Positions 22,268 through 32,871 of a stretch of DNA of 64,000 bases are shown here, piece after piece (the stretch's first letter is position 1; the number at the start of each line of letters is the position of its first letter). The position numbers were made by a program, and so were the translations under genes. The stretch is from assembly GCA_046052125.1 (NCBI GenBank), contig JBJOMY010000002.1, positions 384,001 through 448,000 on the forward strand. The letters run 5' to 3'. The notes under the pieces were generated by a model. It ran no database searches. It had not been told where the DNA came from and saw only the letters and a list, made by a program, of their open reading frames with translations. Origin of the DNA: Cyanobacteriota bacterium (lineage in GTDB: Bacteria > Cyanobacteriota > Cyanobacteriia > PCC-6307 > Cyanobiaceae).

Positions 22268-23114
22268 GGGCCAGAAGGTAGAGCTTGAGCTGCACCCCAG
22301 TGCCGTCGCCGGCTCCATCGTTGGGATTCGCCACCAGCTTCAGGTGGCTGAACCCTGGCTGGAAGCGCTCCCCCAACCGGCGGCGATGCCACTGCCGTGT
22401 GCGCTCCAGGCTGCCGTGGGGGCACCAGGGTGTCAGCAGTTCCAGCAGGGCCAGCGCAGCGGGGTCGGCTTCGCCACTGCCGCGCTGCAGCCGCTCCGTT
22501 GGATACAGCTCCAGCCCCAGCCGTGGTTGCGGTGTGCTGTACCAGTCGAAGCAGGCCGACCAGGCCAGCTGCCCGGGCTGGGCCAACAACAGCGGCTCCA
22601 CACCCGCCCGCTGGAGCAGGGCAACGGCGGCGGGCAGCTGCTGCTGCAGCCAGCCCCACTGCGCCGCTGCCGGACCCACCAGGTTGCAGCGCCAGCTGGG
22701 GTGTCGCTGCCCCAGCCTCGGTGGAAACAGGCCCAGATGGGAGATCCGCACGCCGGTGGGTAGCGGCAGCGTGGCCAGGGGCTCCAGCGGTGGCGCATCC
22801 AGCAGCGTGCCCAGGGCTGCAGCCAGCGGCGCCAGTTCCCCCTGCGTGGCCGGGCGCTGCAGGCGCAGAAACAACCCGGGCCAGCCCTCGCCGGGCTGAT
22901 CGAACTCCAGCCAGGGATCTGCCAGCAGATCGGGCCACTGCCGCAGGCAGCTGTTCACCAGCGCGAGCAGCGGTTGCAGCTGCTCCCAGCCCGGCTGCTG
23001 GGCCACTGCCTTCGGATCCGGCAACGGCATCGACAGATCCGGGATCCGGATCGGTTCGTGGGCCTCGCTCAGTCTGTATTCGAATAGTCCTAGGTGCCCG
23101 AGCGGAGGGATCAC
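22254..23114 (-). CDS. Hypothetical protein within the oxygenase operon
   Basis: Open frame between two oxygenase genes with short overlap and gap; contains WLEFD...PGLF, HLGLF, PRLGLELY and SHLKL...KLYL blocks. GTG start estimated. Confidence 0.65.
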   Translation of the reverse strand: MIPPLGHLGLFEYRLSEAHEPIRIPDLSMPLPDPKAVAQQPGWEQLQPLLALVNSCLRQWPDLLADPWLEFDQPGEGWPGLFLRLQRPATQGELAPLAAALGTLLDAPPLEPLATLPLPTGVRISHLGLFPPRLGQRHPSWRCNLVGPAAAQWGWLQQQLPAAVALLQRAGVEPLLLAQPGQLAWSACFDWYSTPQPRLGLELYPTERLQRGSGEADPAALALLELLTPWCPHGSLERTRQWHRRRLGERFQPGFSHLKLVANPNDGAGDGTGVQLKLYLLAHAPV

Positions 23115-23124
23115 AGCGGTGCCC

Positions 23125-23889
23125 TCACACGTAGGCCAGTAGGTGGCGCTGGTTGTGATCCAGCCGTAGAAACCCCCCCAGCACCAGCCGCGGCTGCGAT
23201 CCCTGGCAGGGCCGAATTCGGTGCCAATGCTCACCGGCGTTGAACAGCAGTGCCTCCCCTGCCCGGGGCGGCACCATGTCCACGGATTGCAAGGGCTGCG
23301 CCGCAACCGGTGGATTGCTGCCGCGATGCCGGAACAGCTCCAGTTCCCCGCCGCTGCTCGGAGCCTGGAGGATGTAGAGGAAGCTGAGTTGAAACGCCGG
23401 CTCCAGCGCCAGCGGGCCCAAGCTGTTGTCTTGAACGCCCAGACGACCGGTCTCGATCAGGTTGTGGCGGTTCCACACCTGTTCGCAGTGGGGATCGATG
23501 CCACAGCCCGGGTCCATCACCCGCAGGGCCCAGCACGGCAAGGGGAGCCCATCGGCGCTTTGCAGCCGTTGCAGTGGGCGCTCGAACAGGCTGTGGAGCC
23601 AGCTGCCGAGCGCGGGTAGTAAGAGCTGATCCACGGCCAGACAGGCTTCCTTAGGCCGACTGTCCAGGCTCGCCTGGTAGTGCTCCGCCGTGGCGCCCAC
23701 GCAACTGCGGGGCAGGGTCCAGCCCCAGGGGGTGCGTGCCCAGCCGGCAGCCTGAGGCTCGGGCTGTTTCAGCCGCTCCAACAGCGGTTGGCAGGCGTTC
23801 ATCAGCTCGGCGTGCGGCAGCAGCGCGGCGTGGCGATGCAACGCCAGTGCTCCCGCTAACACGGCCTCGAGGTTGCCATTGCGCGCCAT
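23125..23889 (-). CDS. 2OG-Fe(II) oxygenase superfamily protein
   Basis: PHCE (Hx[D/E]), SFLYILQAPSSGGELELF, GEALLFNAGEHWHRIRP and RLVLGGF fit a prolyl-hydroxylase-like DSBH pattern. Confidence 0.8.
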   Translation of the reverse strand: MARNGNLEAVLAGALALHRHAALLPHAELMNACQPLLERLKQPEPQAAGWARTPWGWTLPRSCVGATAEHYQASLDSRPKEACLAVDQLLLPALGSWLHSLFERPLQRLQSADGLPLPCWALRVMDPGCGIDPHCEQVWNRHNLIETGRLGVQDNSLGPLALEPAFQLSFLYILQAPSSGGELELFRHRGSNPPVAAQPLQSVDMVPPRAGEALLFNAGEHWHRIRPCQGSQPRLVLGGFLRLDHNQRHLLAYV

Positions 23890-23921
23890 CGGCGCAGGCT
23901 ATGGGAAGTCGGCTGCTTCGC

Positions 23922-24755
23922 ATGGCTCTGCACGTCCACAGCGATCCCTATCCGCATCTGGAATTCCGCCATCCCGAGAGCGGCGACCAGCTTCGGGTTG
24001 TGCCTGAACGGGGCGGCCTGATCAGCAGCTGGTGCAGCGGTGGCCGGGAGCAGCTCTACTTCGATGTCGAGCGCTTTGCGGATCCAGGCCAGAGTGTGCG
24101 CGGTGGCATCCCGGTGCTCTTCCCGGTGTGCGGCAATCTGCCGGGCAATCAGCTCAGCCTGCCCCAGGGTGTGTTCCCGATGGCGCAGCACGGCTTCGCC
24201 CGCGATCTGCCCTGGCAGATCGATGAGCTGGAGGATGGCCAGGGGATTCGCTTGACGCTGAGCGATTCAGCCCGCACCCGTGCCTCCTATCCCTTCGGGT
24301 TTCAGCTGAGCCTTGAGGTGCGGTTGGAGCCCCGTGCCCTGGCGATTGCGGCCTGCGTTGAGCAGCGCGGTGGCGATGGCCCCATGCCCTATGCCCTTGG
24401 TCTGCATCCCTATTTCCAGGTGTCGGATCTGGGGCAGGTGGTTCTACGGGGCTTGCCAGCGCAGTGCTTCAACCACCTCAGCGGCAGCCTGGAGCTCACC
24501 GCTGACCAGCTGCGGCGTCTGCCGGAGGGGGTTGATCTGCGGGTGGATCTGCCCGAGCCGGCGGCGCAGCCGTTGCGGCTGGGCCAGCTGGAGCTCCAGC
24601 TCGAGCCACCGTTCTGCCATGCCGTGGTGTGGAGCGACCCCCCCAGGCCGATGGTTTGCCTGGAACCCTGGAGTGCTGTGCGCGGTGCCCTCAGCCAGCA
24701 GCTGGCAGCTGGTGAACGCCAGTGGCTTCGCTGCCGCTACCGGCTCCTGGAGTGA
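23922..24755 (+). CDS. Aldose 1-epimerase / galactose mutarotase-like protein
   Basis: VPERGG, RGGIPVLFP, QHGFARDLPW, GLHPYF and CLEPW motifs. Confidence 0.9.
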   Translation: MALHVHSDPYPHLEFRHPESGDQLRVVPERGGLISSWCSGGREQLYFDVERFADPGQSVRGGIPVLFPVCGNLPGNQLSLPQGVFPMAQHGFARDLPWQIDELEDGQGIRLTLSDSARTRASYPFGFQLSLEVRLEPRALAIAACVEQRGGDGPMPYALGLHPYFQVSDLGQVVLRGLPAQCFNHLSGSLELTADQLRRLPEGVDLRVDLPEPAAQPLRLGQLELQLEPPFCHAVVWSDPPRPMVCLEPWSAVRGALSQQLAAGERQWLRCRYRLLE

Positions 24756-24762
24756 GCGCAGC

Positions 24763-25965
24763 TCAGGGCGGCGCCACCCCCGGCAGTCGGCCCCGGGCCA
24801 GCTGCTGTAGAGGGTCGAATTCCCGTTTGATCGCTTCGATCACAGCGCGCGCCGCTGCATCGCCCCAGGCGGGTAGGGCGTGGGGCTGGGGTTGTGCCAG
24901 CACCATGAGATCGCCACCCAGCTCCCGGCAGCGGCGCCGCAGCCGCTCCACCCTGTGGGCCGGCAGCGCCTTGGCGGCTGCCCAGGCCAGCCCCAGGCCG
25001 GCACCGGCGGGCAGGGTTCCCTGCAGCCCCTGGCAGGTCCCATCGCGCAGCAGCTGTTGCACCTGGGCCGGCAGCACCCCCAATTGCAATAGCCAGCGCT
25101 GCTCGCTGGCCAGGCGGTGGTGGCTGGAGGCTCCGCGGGCCTCCGCCTCCAGCGCTTGCAGGGCGTCGCCGCTCACAAGGTCCACGTTCAGCCCGAGCTC
25201 CGCCGCCCGCTGTCGGTGCTCCTGCAGCTGTGCATCGATCGCCGCACGACTCACACTCACCAGCGCCAGCAGCAGGCCGGCCTGGCCGCTCTCCTCCTCA
25301 GGCTGCAACCGCCAGTCGAGCCGTTGCGGCAGCAGCGGTGCCGCCAGGCACACCTGGCGCATGCGTTCGAGCGCAGCCACCGAACCCCGGATCCACAGGC
25401 CGGCCCGCTGCGGCGGCAGCGGATAGGTGCGCAGGGTGAGGCTGGTGATCAGGCCGAGGCTGCCCCAGCTGCCGGCCAGCAGTCGCATCAGGTCGTAACC
25501 GGCCACGTTCTTCACCACCCGGCCACCGGCCTTGGCTGGGGTGCCATCGGCGCGGATCAGGCTCACTCCGATCAGCTGATCACGGATGCCCAAATAACGC
25601 TGCCGCAATCCCCCCGACAGGCCGCGGGCCACCAATCCCCCCACCGTGCCGCTTGCTTCGCCGAACGGGCCGCTGCCCCAGGGCCAGTCGATCGCCAGCC
25701 ACTGTTGCGCGTCGGCCAGTTCGGCCTGCAGCTGCTGCAGCGGCAGGCCCGCTTCCACCGTCACGGTGAAGTCCCCCGCACAGTGCTCCACGAGGCGGTT
25801 CAGCCGGCTGGTGCTCACCACCAGCGCCTCGCTCTCCCCAACCCCTGGCTGAACGGGCGGTCCCCAGCTGAGGCGGCTGCCGCTGCCGGCCGGTAGCCAG
25901 GGCCGGGCCTGCCGGTGCAGGTCCTGCACCAGCTCCTGCAGCGCGCTGGGCTCAGGACAGATCAC
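24763..25965 (-). CDS. glcE: Glycolate dehydrogenase FAD-binding subunit
   Basis: DFTVTVEAG, GGRVVKNVAGYDLMRLLAGSWGSLG and a C-terminal IKREFDP...G. Confidence 0.9.
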   Translation of the reverse strand: MICPEPSALQELVQDLHRQARPWLPAGSGSRLSWGPPVQPGVGESEALVVSTSRLNRLVEHCAGDFTVTVEAGLPLQQLQAELADAQQWLAIDWPWGSGPFGEASGTVGGLVARGLSGGLRQRYLGIRDQLIGVSLIRADGTPAKAGGRVVKNVAGYDLMRLLAGSWGSLGLITSLTLRTYPLPPQRAGLWIRGSVAALERMRQVCLAAPLLPQRLDWRLQPEEESGQAGLLLALVSVSRAAIDAQLQEHRQRAAELGLNVDLVSGDALQALEAEARGASSHHRLASEQRWLLQLGVLPAQVQQLLRDGTCQGLQGTLPAGAGLGLAWAAAKALPAHRVERLRRRCRELGGDLMVLAQPQPHALPAWGDAAARAVIEAIKREFDPLQQLARGRLPGVAPP

Positions 25966-25979
25966 GGCACGATGGTGCC

Positions 25980-27344
25980 ATGGCAGAGCGGCGCAAGGTC
26001 ATCGTTCTCGATGACGATCCCACCGGGTCGCAGACGGTGCACAGCGTGCCGCTGCTGCTGCGTTGGGATGCAGACAGCCTGCGGCGGGGCTTGCGTCACC
26101 CCTCGCCGCTGCTGTTCGTGTTGGCCAACACCCGAGCGCTCGAGCCCGAAGCCGCGCGGGAGCGGGTGCGGCAGATCTGCCGGGGGCTGCGGGTGGTGCT
26201 GCAGGAGCTGGAGGCGGCCGGGGAACTGGATCGCTGGCTGATCGTGAGCCGGGGCGACTCCACCCTGCGGGGCCATTTCCCGCTGGAGGTGGAGGTGATC
26301 GCCGAAGAGCTCGGCCCGTTCGATGCCACCCTGCTGGCCCCTGCCTTCCTGCCCGGCGGCCGCACCACCCGCGGCGGTGTGCACTATCTGCATGGCGAGC
26401 CCGTGCACACCAGCCCCTTTGCGCGCGATCGCCTGTTTGGCTTTAGCAGCAGCGCGTTGCCTGAGTGGGTGGAGGAGAAAACCCGGGGTGTGATCCCTGC
26501 CGGCACGGTGGAGCGCTTGGATGGGGCCGAGCTCGATGGGCCTGCCGCAGCCTTGCAGGCTCGCCTGGCCTGTTTCAGCGCCCAACGCGTTGTGGCGGTG
26601 GATGCGGAGCGGCCTGAACAGTTGGCGGCCCTAGGAGAAGCGGTGTGGCGCAGCGAGCGGCGCCTGCTGTTCCAATCCGCCGCCAGCCTGATCAATGGTC
26701 TGGTGCCCCTGCCGCCCCAACCCCTCGATCGCGCTGGCCTGGCCGCCCTGCGCCGCTGCGGGGCCCATGGGGAATGGTTGCCCGTGCTGGTGATGGTGGG
26801 ATCCCATGTGCCCCTGGCGGATCAGCAACTGGAGCCATTGCTGCAGGAGCCCGCCTGTGTGGGGGTGGAGATCCCGGTGGCCAAACTGGCCCGGGTGCTG
26901 GAGGGCCCGGCAGCACTGCAGCTGCTCCGGTCGCTGGAGCAGAGCTGGCTGGAGCAGCTGCAGGCTGTGCTGCATCAGGGGCGCACCCCGCTGCTGTTCA
27001 GCAGCCGCGGTGAACTGGTGTGTGCTTCAGCCCAGGAGCGGCGACGCTTCGGCCTGGAACTGGCGGCCCTGATGGCACGCCTGGCCGCGGCCCTGGCCCC
27101 GCAGTTGGGACTGATCATCAGCAAGGGCGGCATCACCACCCACACCCTGCTGGCCGAGGGCTTGGGGCTGGATTGGGTGGAGTTGCAGGGGCAGCTTCTG
27201 CCGGGACTGTCGGTGGTGCTCACCCCGCCCGCGGCCACGGTTCCGGGCTTGCCCGTGATCACCTTCCCGGGGAACCTGGGCGATGCCGGCACCTTGCGCC
27301 AGGCCTGGCAGTTGATGGTTCAGGCGGATACGGGCTGCCCGTAG
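25980..27344 (+). CDS. Four-carbon acid sugar kinase family protein (DUF1537)
   Basis: IVLDDDPTG, SRGDSTLRGH, PAFLPGGR, VGSHV, KGGITT and FPGNLG motifs. Confidence 0.88.
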   Translation: MAERRKVIVLDDDPTGSQTVHSVPLLLRWDADSLRRGLRHPSPLLFVLANTRALEPEAARERVRQICRGLRVVLQELEAAGELDRWLIVSRGDSTLRGHFPLEVEVIAEELGPFDATLLAPAFLPGGRTTRGGVHYLHGEPVHTSPFARDRLFGFSSSALPEWVEEKTRGVIPAGTVERLDGAELDGPAAALQARLACFSAQRVVAVDAERPEQLAALGEAVWRSERRLLFQSAASLINGLVPLPPQPLDRAGLAALRRCGAHGEWLPVLVMVGSHVPLADQQLEPLLQEPACVGVEIPVAKLARVLEGPAALQLLRSLEQSWLEQLQAVLHQGRTPLLFSSRGELVCASAQERRRFGLELAALMARLAAALAPQLGLIISKGGITTHTLLAEGLGLDWVELQGQLLPGLSVVLTPPAATVPGLPVITFPGNLGDAGTLRQAWQLMVQADTGCP

Positions 27345-28684
27345 CGCTGCCACAGGTCTCCAGCGATACCCCCAAGCGCCACGAGGGCCAGGGCCAGCAG
27401 GCTGTCGGTGGTGTCGCTGATTACGGCTCCCACCAGAAAGGCGAGCGAACCGGCGCCCACCAGCCAGGGCGTCACGGGGTAGCCCCAGCTCAGAAAGGGC
27501 CGCGGCAGTTCCGGTTGTTGCCGGCGCAGCTGGATCTGGGCGGCGATGCCGCTCAGGGGCAGCCCCACATACAGGAAGGCTCCCATCCCTAGCAGGTGAT
27601 CAAAGGAACCCACCAGCACCAGCAAGGCCGCGCTGCCACTGGTGAGCAGCAAGGCGGCCGCCGGCGTGCCGCCCGGGTTCACCTGGCTGAGGACAGCCGG
27701 CATCAGGCCATCCCGGCTCAGGCCAAACAGGATTCGGGGCGCTGCCATCACCACGGTGTTGATCAGGCCCAGCAGCGACACCAGGGCCACGGCTGTGATC
27801 AGCTGCGCCCCTTGGCTGCCCAGCAGGCGGCGGGCTGCCTCGGCCGCCGGCAGCGTGGCCTGGCTGAGCGCTTGCATCGGCAACACGTGCAACAGCGCGC
27901 CGTTGATCAGCAGATAGAGCGCCAGCACAGCCAGCACGCCGCCGATCAGGGAACGGGGCAGATCACGGGCCGGTTCGCTGAATTCCTCGGCGAAATACAC
28001 CGGTGAGGCCCAGCCATCGAAGGTGGTGACCACGGCCTGCAGCGCCAGCACAGCCCCGATCCACAGCGCCGATCCCTGGGGCGGCAACACAGTGGGATGG
28101 CTGATGGCTGCATCTGGTGCAACGGCGGGCAGCAGAAAGCTGGCGGCCGCCAGCCCCAGGAAGGCCAGGGCCTTCATCAGGCTGAGCAGCTCCTGGCTGG
28201 CACCTCCGGCACGCACGCCCAGCCACTGGATGGCGCTGAACAGGATCAGCACCGCCAGGGCGATCGCCTGCCCCTGCCATGGGGCCGCGGCCTGTTCAGG
28301 GATCCACTCCACGATCAGGTCGCCCACGGTGGTGGCCACCCAGGCCAGGCCGATGCAGTGGGCCAGCCAGTCGGTCCAGCCCACCAGCCAGCCGGCCCGG
28401 CGCCCGAAGGCCTGCTCGGCGTACACATACCAACCCCCGGCCCGCGGCAGGCTGGCCGCAAGCTCGGCGATGCAGATCGCGCCGAGCAGGGCGTAGAGCC
28501 CCCCGAGCACCCAGGCGCCCAGCACCAGTGGTGCCGTGGCCAATTGCGCTGCCACCAGCCCGGGTGTGCGCAGGATGCCAGCGCCGATCGTTCCCCCCAC
28601 GGAGCCGGCCAGGCCGAAGGCCACACCGAGCACCGAGAGCAAGCCGCCGCTGCTCCGCTCCTCTGGCGGCGGTGGGTTGCTCAA
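27320..28684 (-). CDS. APC-family amino acid permease
   Basis: IGAGILRTPG, AELAASLPRAGGWY, AEE...PARDLPR and RILFGLSRDG; about 12 TM helices. Confidence 0.9.
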   Translation of the reverse strand: MSNPPPPEERSSGGLLSVLGVAFGLAGSVGGTIGAGILRTPGLVAAQLATAPLVLGAWVLGGLYALLGAICIAELAASLPRAGGWYVYAEQAFGRRAGWLVGWTDWLAHCIGLAWVATTVGDLIVEWIPEQAAAPWQGQAIALAVLILFSAIQWLGVRAGGASQELLSLMKALAFLGLAAASFLLPAVAPDAAISHPTVLPPQGSALWIGAVLALQAVVTTFDGWASPVYFAEEFSEPARDLPRSLIGGVLAVLALYLLINGALLHVLPMQALSQATLPAAEAARRLLGSQGAQLITAVALVSLLGLINTVVMAAPRILFGLSRDGLMPAVLSQVNPGGTPAAALLLTSGSAALLVLVGSFDHLLGMGAFLYVGLPLSGIAAQIQLRRQQPELPRPFLSWGYPVTPWLVGAGSLAFLVGAVISDTTDSLLALALVALGGIAGDLWQRYGQPVSA

Positions 28685-30024
28685 GAACGCTGGGCCGCTG
28701 CCAGCAACTGCAACGGGTGGGCCACGCGCGGGCCATCGCCCAGGTGCCGGCGCAACTGCATCGTGCAGCCGATGTTGGCGCTGGCCACCAGGTCAGCGCC
28801 GGTGCCACGGAGATCGCTGGCCTTGATCTCACCCAGCGCCGCCGCTTCTTCGGGTTGAACCAGGTTGTAGATGCCGGCGCTGCCGCAGCACACCCCGGCT
28901 TCGGTGGCTTCCCGCAGCTGCAGGTGGGGGATGGCGCGCAGCAGTTGGCGCGGTTCGGCGCTGATCCCCTGGCCGTGCAGCATGTGGCAGGCATCGTGAT
29001 ACGCCACCACCACTGGGTTCTCGGCAGTGGCGGGTTGGCCGTCGCTGTGGGTGAGTGGCTGCAGCCCAGCCTGGAAGGCATCGCTCAGGCCCAGCTCCGC
29101 CAGGAATTGATGAACGTCCCGGACTTGGGACGCAAAGGCCGCGCCCTGATCGCTCTCCAGCAGCCGGTCGTAGTGCTTGAGCGTGTGCCCGCAGCCGGAG
29201 GCGGCCACCACAACAGCGTCCAACGGTTCGGGGCCCGCGGCTTTGCCGGGCCCCACCACGGCACGGAAGCTCTCGATCAGGGCATGGGCCAGCTCCCGGG
29301 TCTGCTCCAGTTCGCCCTGGTGATGGGTCACGGCGCCGCAGCATCCCTGGCTCGGCGGAATCACCACCTCCATACCGTTGGCCGTGAGCACCTGCAGCGT
29401 GGCGGCATTCACATCGGGATCAAAAAGCCGCTGCACGCAGCCCAGCACCAGCCCCACGCGGGCGCGGCGCTCCCCTTGGGCGGGGATCACGAGCGGCAGA
29501 CCATCGCGGAAGGCCTCTGGTTGCAGCGGCGGCAGCAGCTTGTCCATTGCCTCGAGTTGCGGCCCCAGCAATCGGGTGACCCCACTCCAGCGGGCCAAGC
29601 CTTGTAGCGGCGTGCCTGCGTAAGCGCGCAGGGGGGTGAGCGTGGCCCTCAGCCGTTGGGGGTAGGGCAGGAGGGCAAACAACAGCTTGCGAAAGGCCCG
29701 TTGGGCCGGGCTTCGCAGCTCAGGGGCATTGAGCTTCGGGCGCGTGGCCTCGATCAGCTCGTCGTAGCGCACGCCCGAGGGGCAGGCGCTCACACAGGCG
29801 AAGCAGCCCAGGCAGCTGTCGAAATGGCTGGCGGTGGTGGCGTCGAGCTCCAGCTCGCCGGCTTCGATCGCCTTGAGCGCATGGATCCGCCCCCGGGGCG
29901 AATCCATCTCCGTTCCCAGCACCCGGTAGCTGGCACACGTGGGCAGGCAGAAGCCGCAGTGCACGCAGGGGTCTGTGGTGAGGCTGCCCACTTGGATCGG
30001 ATCGGCCGGTGGCTGTCGACTCAT
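28681..30024 (-). CDS. glcF: Glycolate dehydrogenase iron-sulfur subunit
   Basis: CVHCGFCLPTC, SPRGRI, CLGCFACVSACPSGV and two CCG domains; start at MSRQ (30024). Confidence 0.92.
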   Translation of the reverse strand: MSRQPPADPIQVGSLTTDPCVHCGFCLPTCASYRVLGTEMDSPRGRIHALKAIEAGELELDATTASHFDSCLGCFACVSACPSGVRYDELIEATRPKLNAPELRSPAQRAFRKLLFALLPYPQRLRATLTPLRAYAGTPLQGLARWSGVTRLLGPQLEAMDKLLPPLQPEAFRDGLPLVIPAQGERRARVGLVLGCVQRLFDPDVNAATLQVLTANGMEVVIPPSQGCCGAVTHHQGELEQTRELAHALIESFRAVVGPGKAAGPEPLDAVVVAASGCGHTLKHYDRLLESDQGAAFASQVRDVHQFLAELGLSDAFQAGLQPLTHSDGQPATAENPVVVAYHDACHMLHGQGISAEPRQLLRAIPHLQLREATEAGVCCGSAGIYNLVQPEEAAALGEIKASDLRGTGADLVASANIGCTMQLRRHLGDGPRVAHPLQLLAAAQRS

Positions 30025-30031
30025 CGGCAAT

Positions 30032-30745
30032 TCAATAGTGGTAACCGGCCAGATCGATCTCGCGCTCAAAAATCTTGGCAATTCTCGAGGCTTGAGTGTG
30101 GGTTAAAACGTCTTGGTAGGGACGTTGTTCACGGCGAAACTGACGTTTGGCATGGGGGAGCAGGGGATTGCCTTGCAAATTCAGCTCTTCGAACAAACGG
30201 TTGAGTTCTGCTTGGGCATCTTCATAGCGGCACAGGCGATGGACAGCCAAGTTGCCGTTTAAGCAATAGATGGCTTCACTTTGTGCGGCCGCCCGTTGCA
30301 GATGCGGACCGTCGATGAAGGCATCAAGGCTTTCGGGTTCGGCTTGGTCTCTGATGTGCCAGAAGTAGTGCGAAATCGCGCGATCCCAAGGGTTGCGAAC
30401 GAAGCAGAAGCGGAAGTAGTTGTCCCACTGATGCTGGGGGAGATACTTCAGTGTTTGTTCGGCTGTGATGTGGGTGTGGAAGCCGATCCGCTTTAAATCG
30501 CTGTTCATCGACTTCCCGGTGATTTTGCGGCGCAGCCGCAGCTTCAGATAGGAGGGCGTGTTGTACCAGGGGATGAAATGCCTGGGCGATGGATAGCCCA
30601 GTTCTCGGCGAATGCGCTCATCCCGCCCCAGCGGCGTGATCACATCCTTCCTGTTGCAGGTGCTCGAGAGGGCGATGCCGATGGAGGTGGATGCCGTTTT
30701 CCGGTTCGCCAGGAAGATGAAACGTTTGCTATGGCTGATGATCAT
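30032..30745 (-). CDS. Sulfotransferase family 2 protein
   Basis: MIISHSKRFIFLANRKTASTSI (5'-PSB), FCFVRNPWDRAISHY (3'-PB), RYED and a C-terminal EREIDLAGY. Confidence 0.85.
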   Translation of the reverse strand: MIISHSKRFIFLANRKTASTSIGIALSSTCNRKDVITPLGRDERIRRELGYPSPRHFIPWYNTPSYLKLRLRRKITGKSMNSDLKRIGFHTHITAEQTLKYLPQHQWDNYFRFCFVRNPWDRAISHYFWHIRDQAEPESLDAFIDGPHLQRAAAQSEAIYCLNGNLAVHRLCRYEDAQAELNRLFEELNLQGNPLLPHAKRQFRREQRPYQDVLTHTQASRIAKIFEREIDLAGYHY

Positions 30746-30767
30746 GGATCTTTGGAGGATGGCTGCA

Positions 30768-32198
<1,431 letters not shown>

Positions 32199-32282
32199 GG
32201 GTGCTTGCTGACCGAGGGCGGCGTGAATAGTGGATCGAGCCTAGGTTTTGGGGATTCGCGGTTCTGCTGCAGGGGCAACGGC

Positions 32283-32747
32283 ATGAATGCGTCCGACCAG
32301 GTCCGATCCGTGGAACTGGCGCAGCGCGTGGCTTCCGTTGCCGTGTTGTTCCGCCAGCACTTCCCGGATGCCCGCGCCAACCTCACCCCCTGGCGCGACG
32401 ACCCGCAGACCCGCGCCCACGCCGAGCAGGAGAGCCTCGATCTTTCCTTTCATCTGCCGGGTTGGAGCCCCCGCAGCCAGTGCCGCTCCTTTCTGGTGCA
32501 GCTGCGGCTCGAGCAGTCGCCCGCTGGCGGATCCACCCGGCCGCGGCTGCTGGGCGTGACAATCCGCGGCCTCACCTACGACTCGGAGCGATGGCGGCTG
32601 GCCAGCGTGGGCGACTGGCAGCCCACCGGTAGCCATCTGCCTCAGCCTGCTGTGGTGGAGGCCCTGCAGGGGTTTGTGCGGGGTGTGTTCGCATTGTTTG
32701 ATGCCGATCAGCAGCGCCGCGGCGGTCTGGATGCCCGCGTTGCCTGA
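32283..32747 (+). CDS. Hypothetical protein
   Basis: MNASDQVRSVELAQRVAS...NLTPWRDDP...DLSFHLPGWSP; fills the gap between icd and ho1. Confidence 0.75.
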   Translation: MNASDQVRSVELAQRVASVAVLFRQHFPDARANLTPWRDDPQTRAHAEQESLDLSFHLPGWSPRSQCRSFLVQLRLEQSPAGGSTRPRLLGVTIRGLTYDSERWRLASVGDWQPTGSHLPQPAVVEALQGFVRGVFALFDADQQRRGGLDARVA

Positions 32748-32871
32748 GCGGGCCGTGGGCGGCCGGCCGTAATCCTTCGCAACCTTGAAGACGCCGGGGC
32801 GGACGCCCCACCTACGTTGGCCCTTCTGCCATGCGGCAGTTCACCATCCCTGCTCAGCACGACCAGCAGCC

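Noticed and set aside
20764..23889. Possible halogenases among the 2OG oxygenases
   Set aside because: All keep the carboxylate ligand (HRD, HQD, HCE); Fe/2OG halogenases typically have HxG or HxA.
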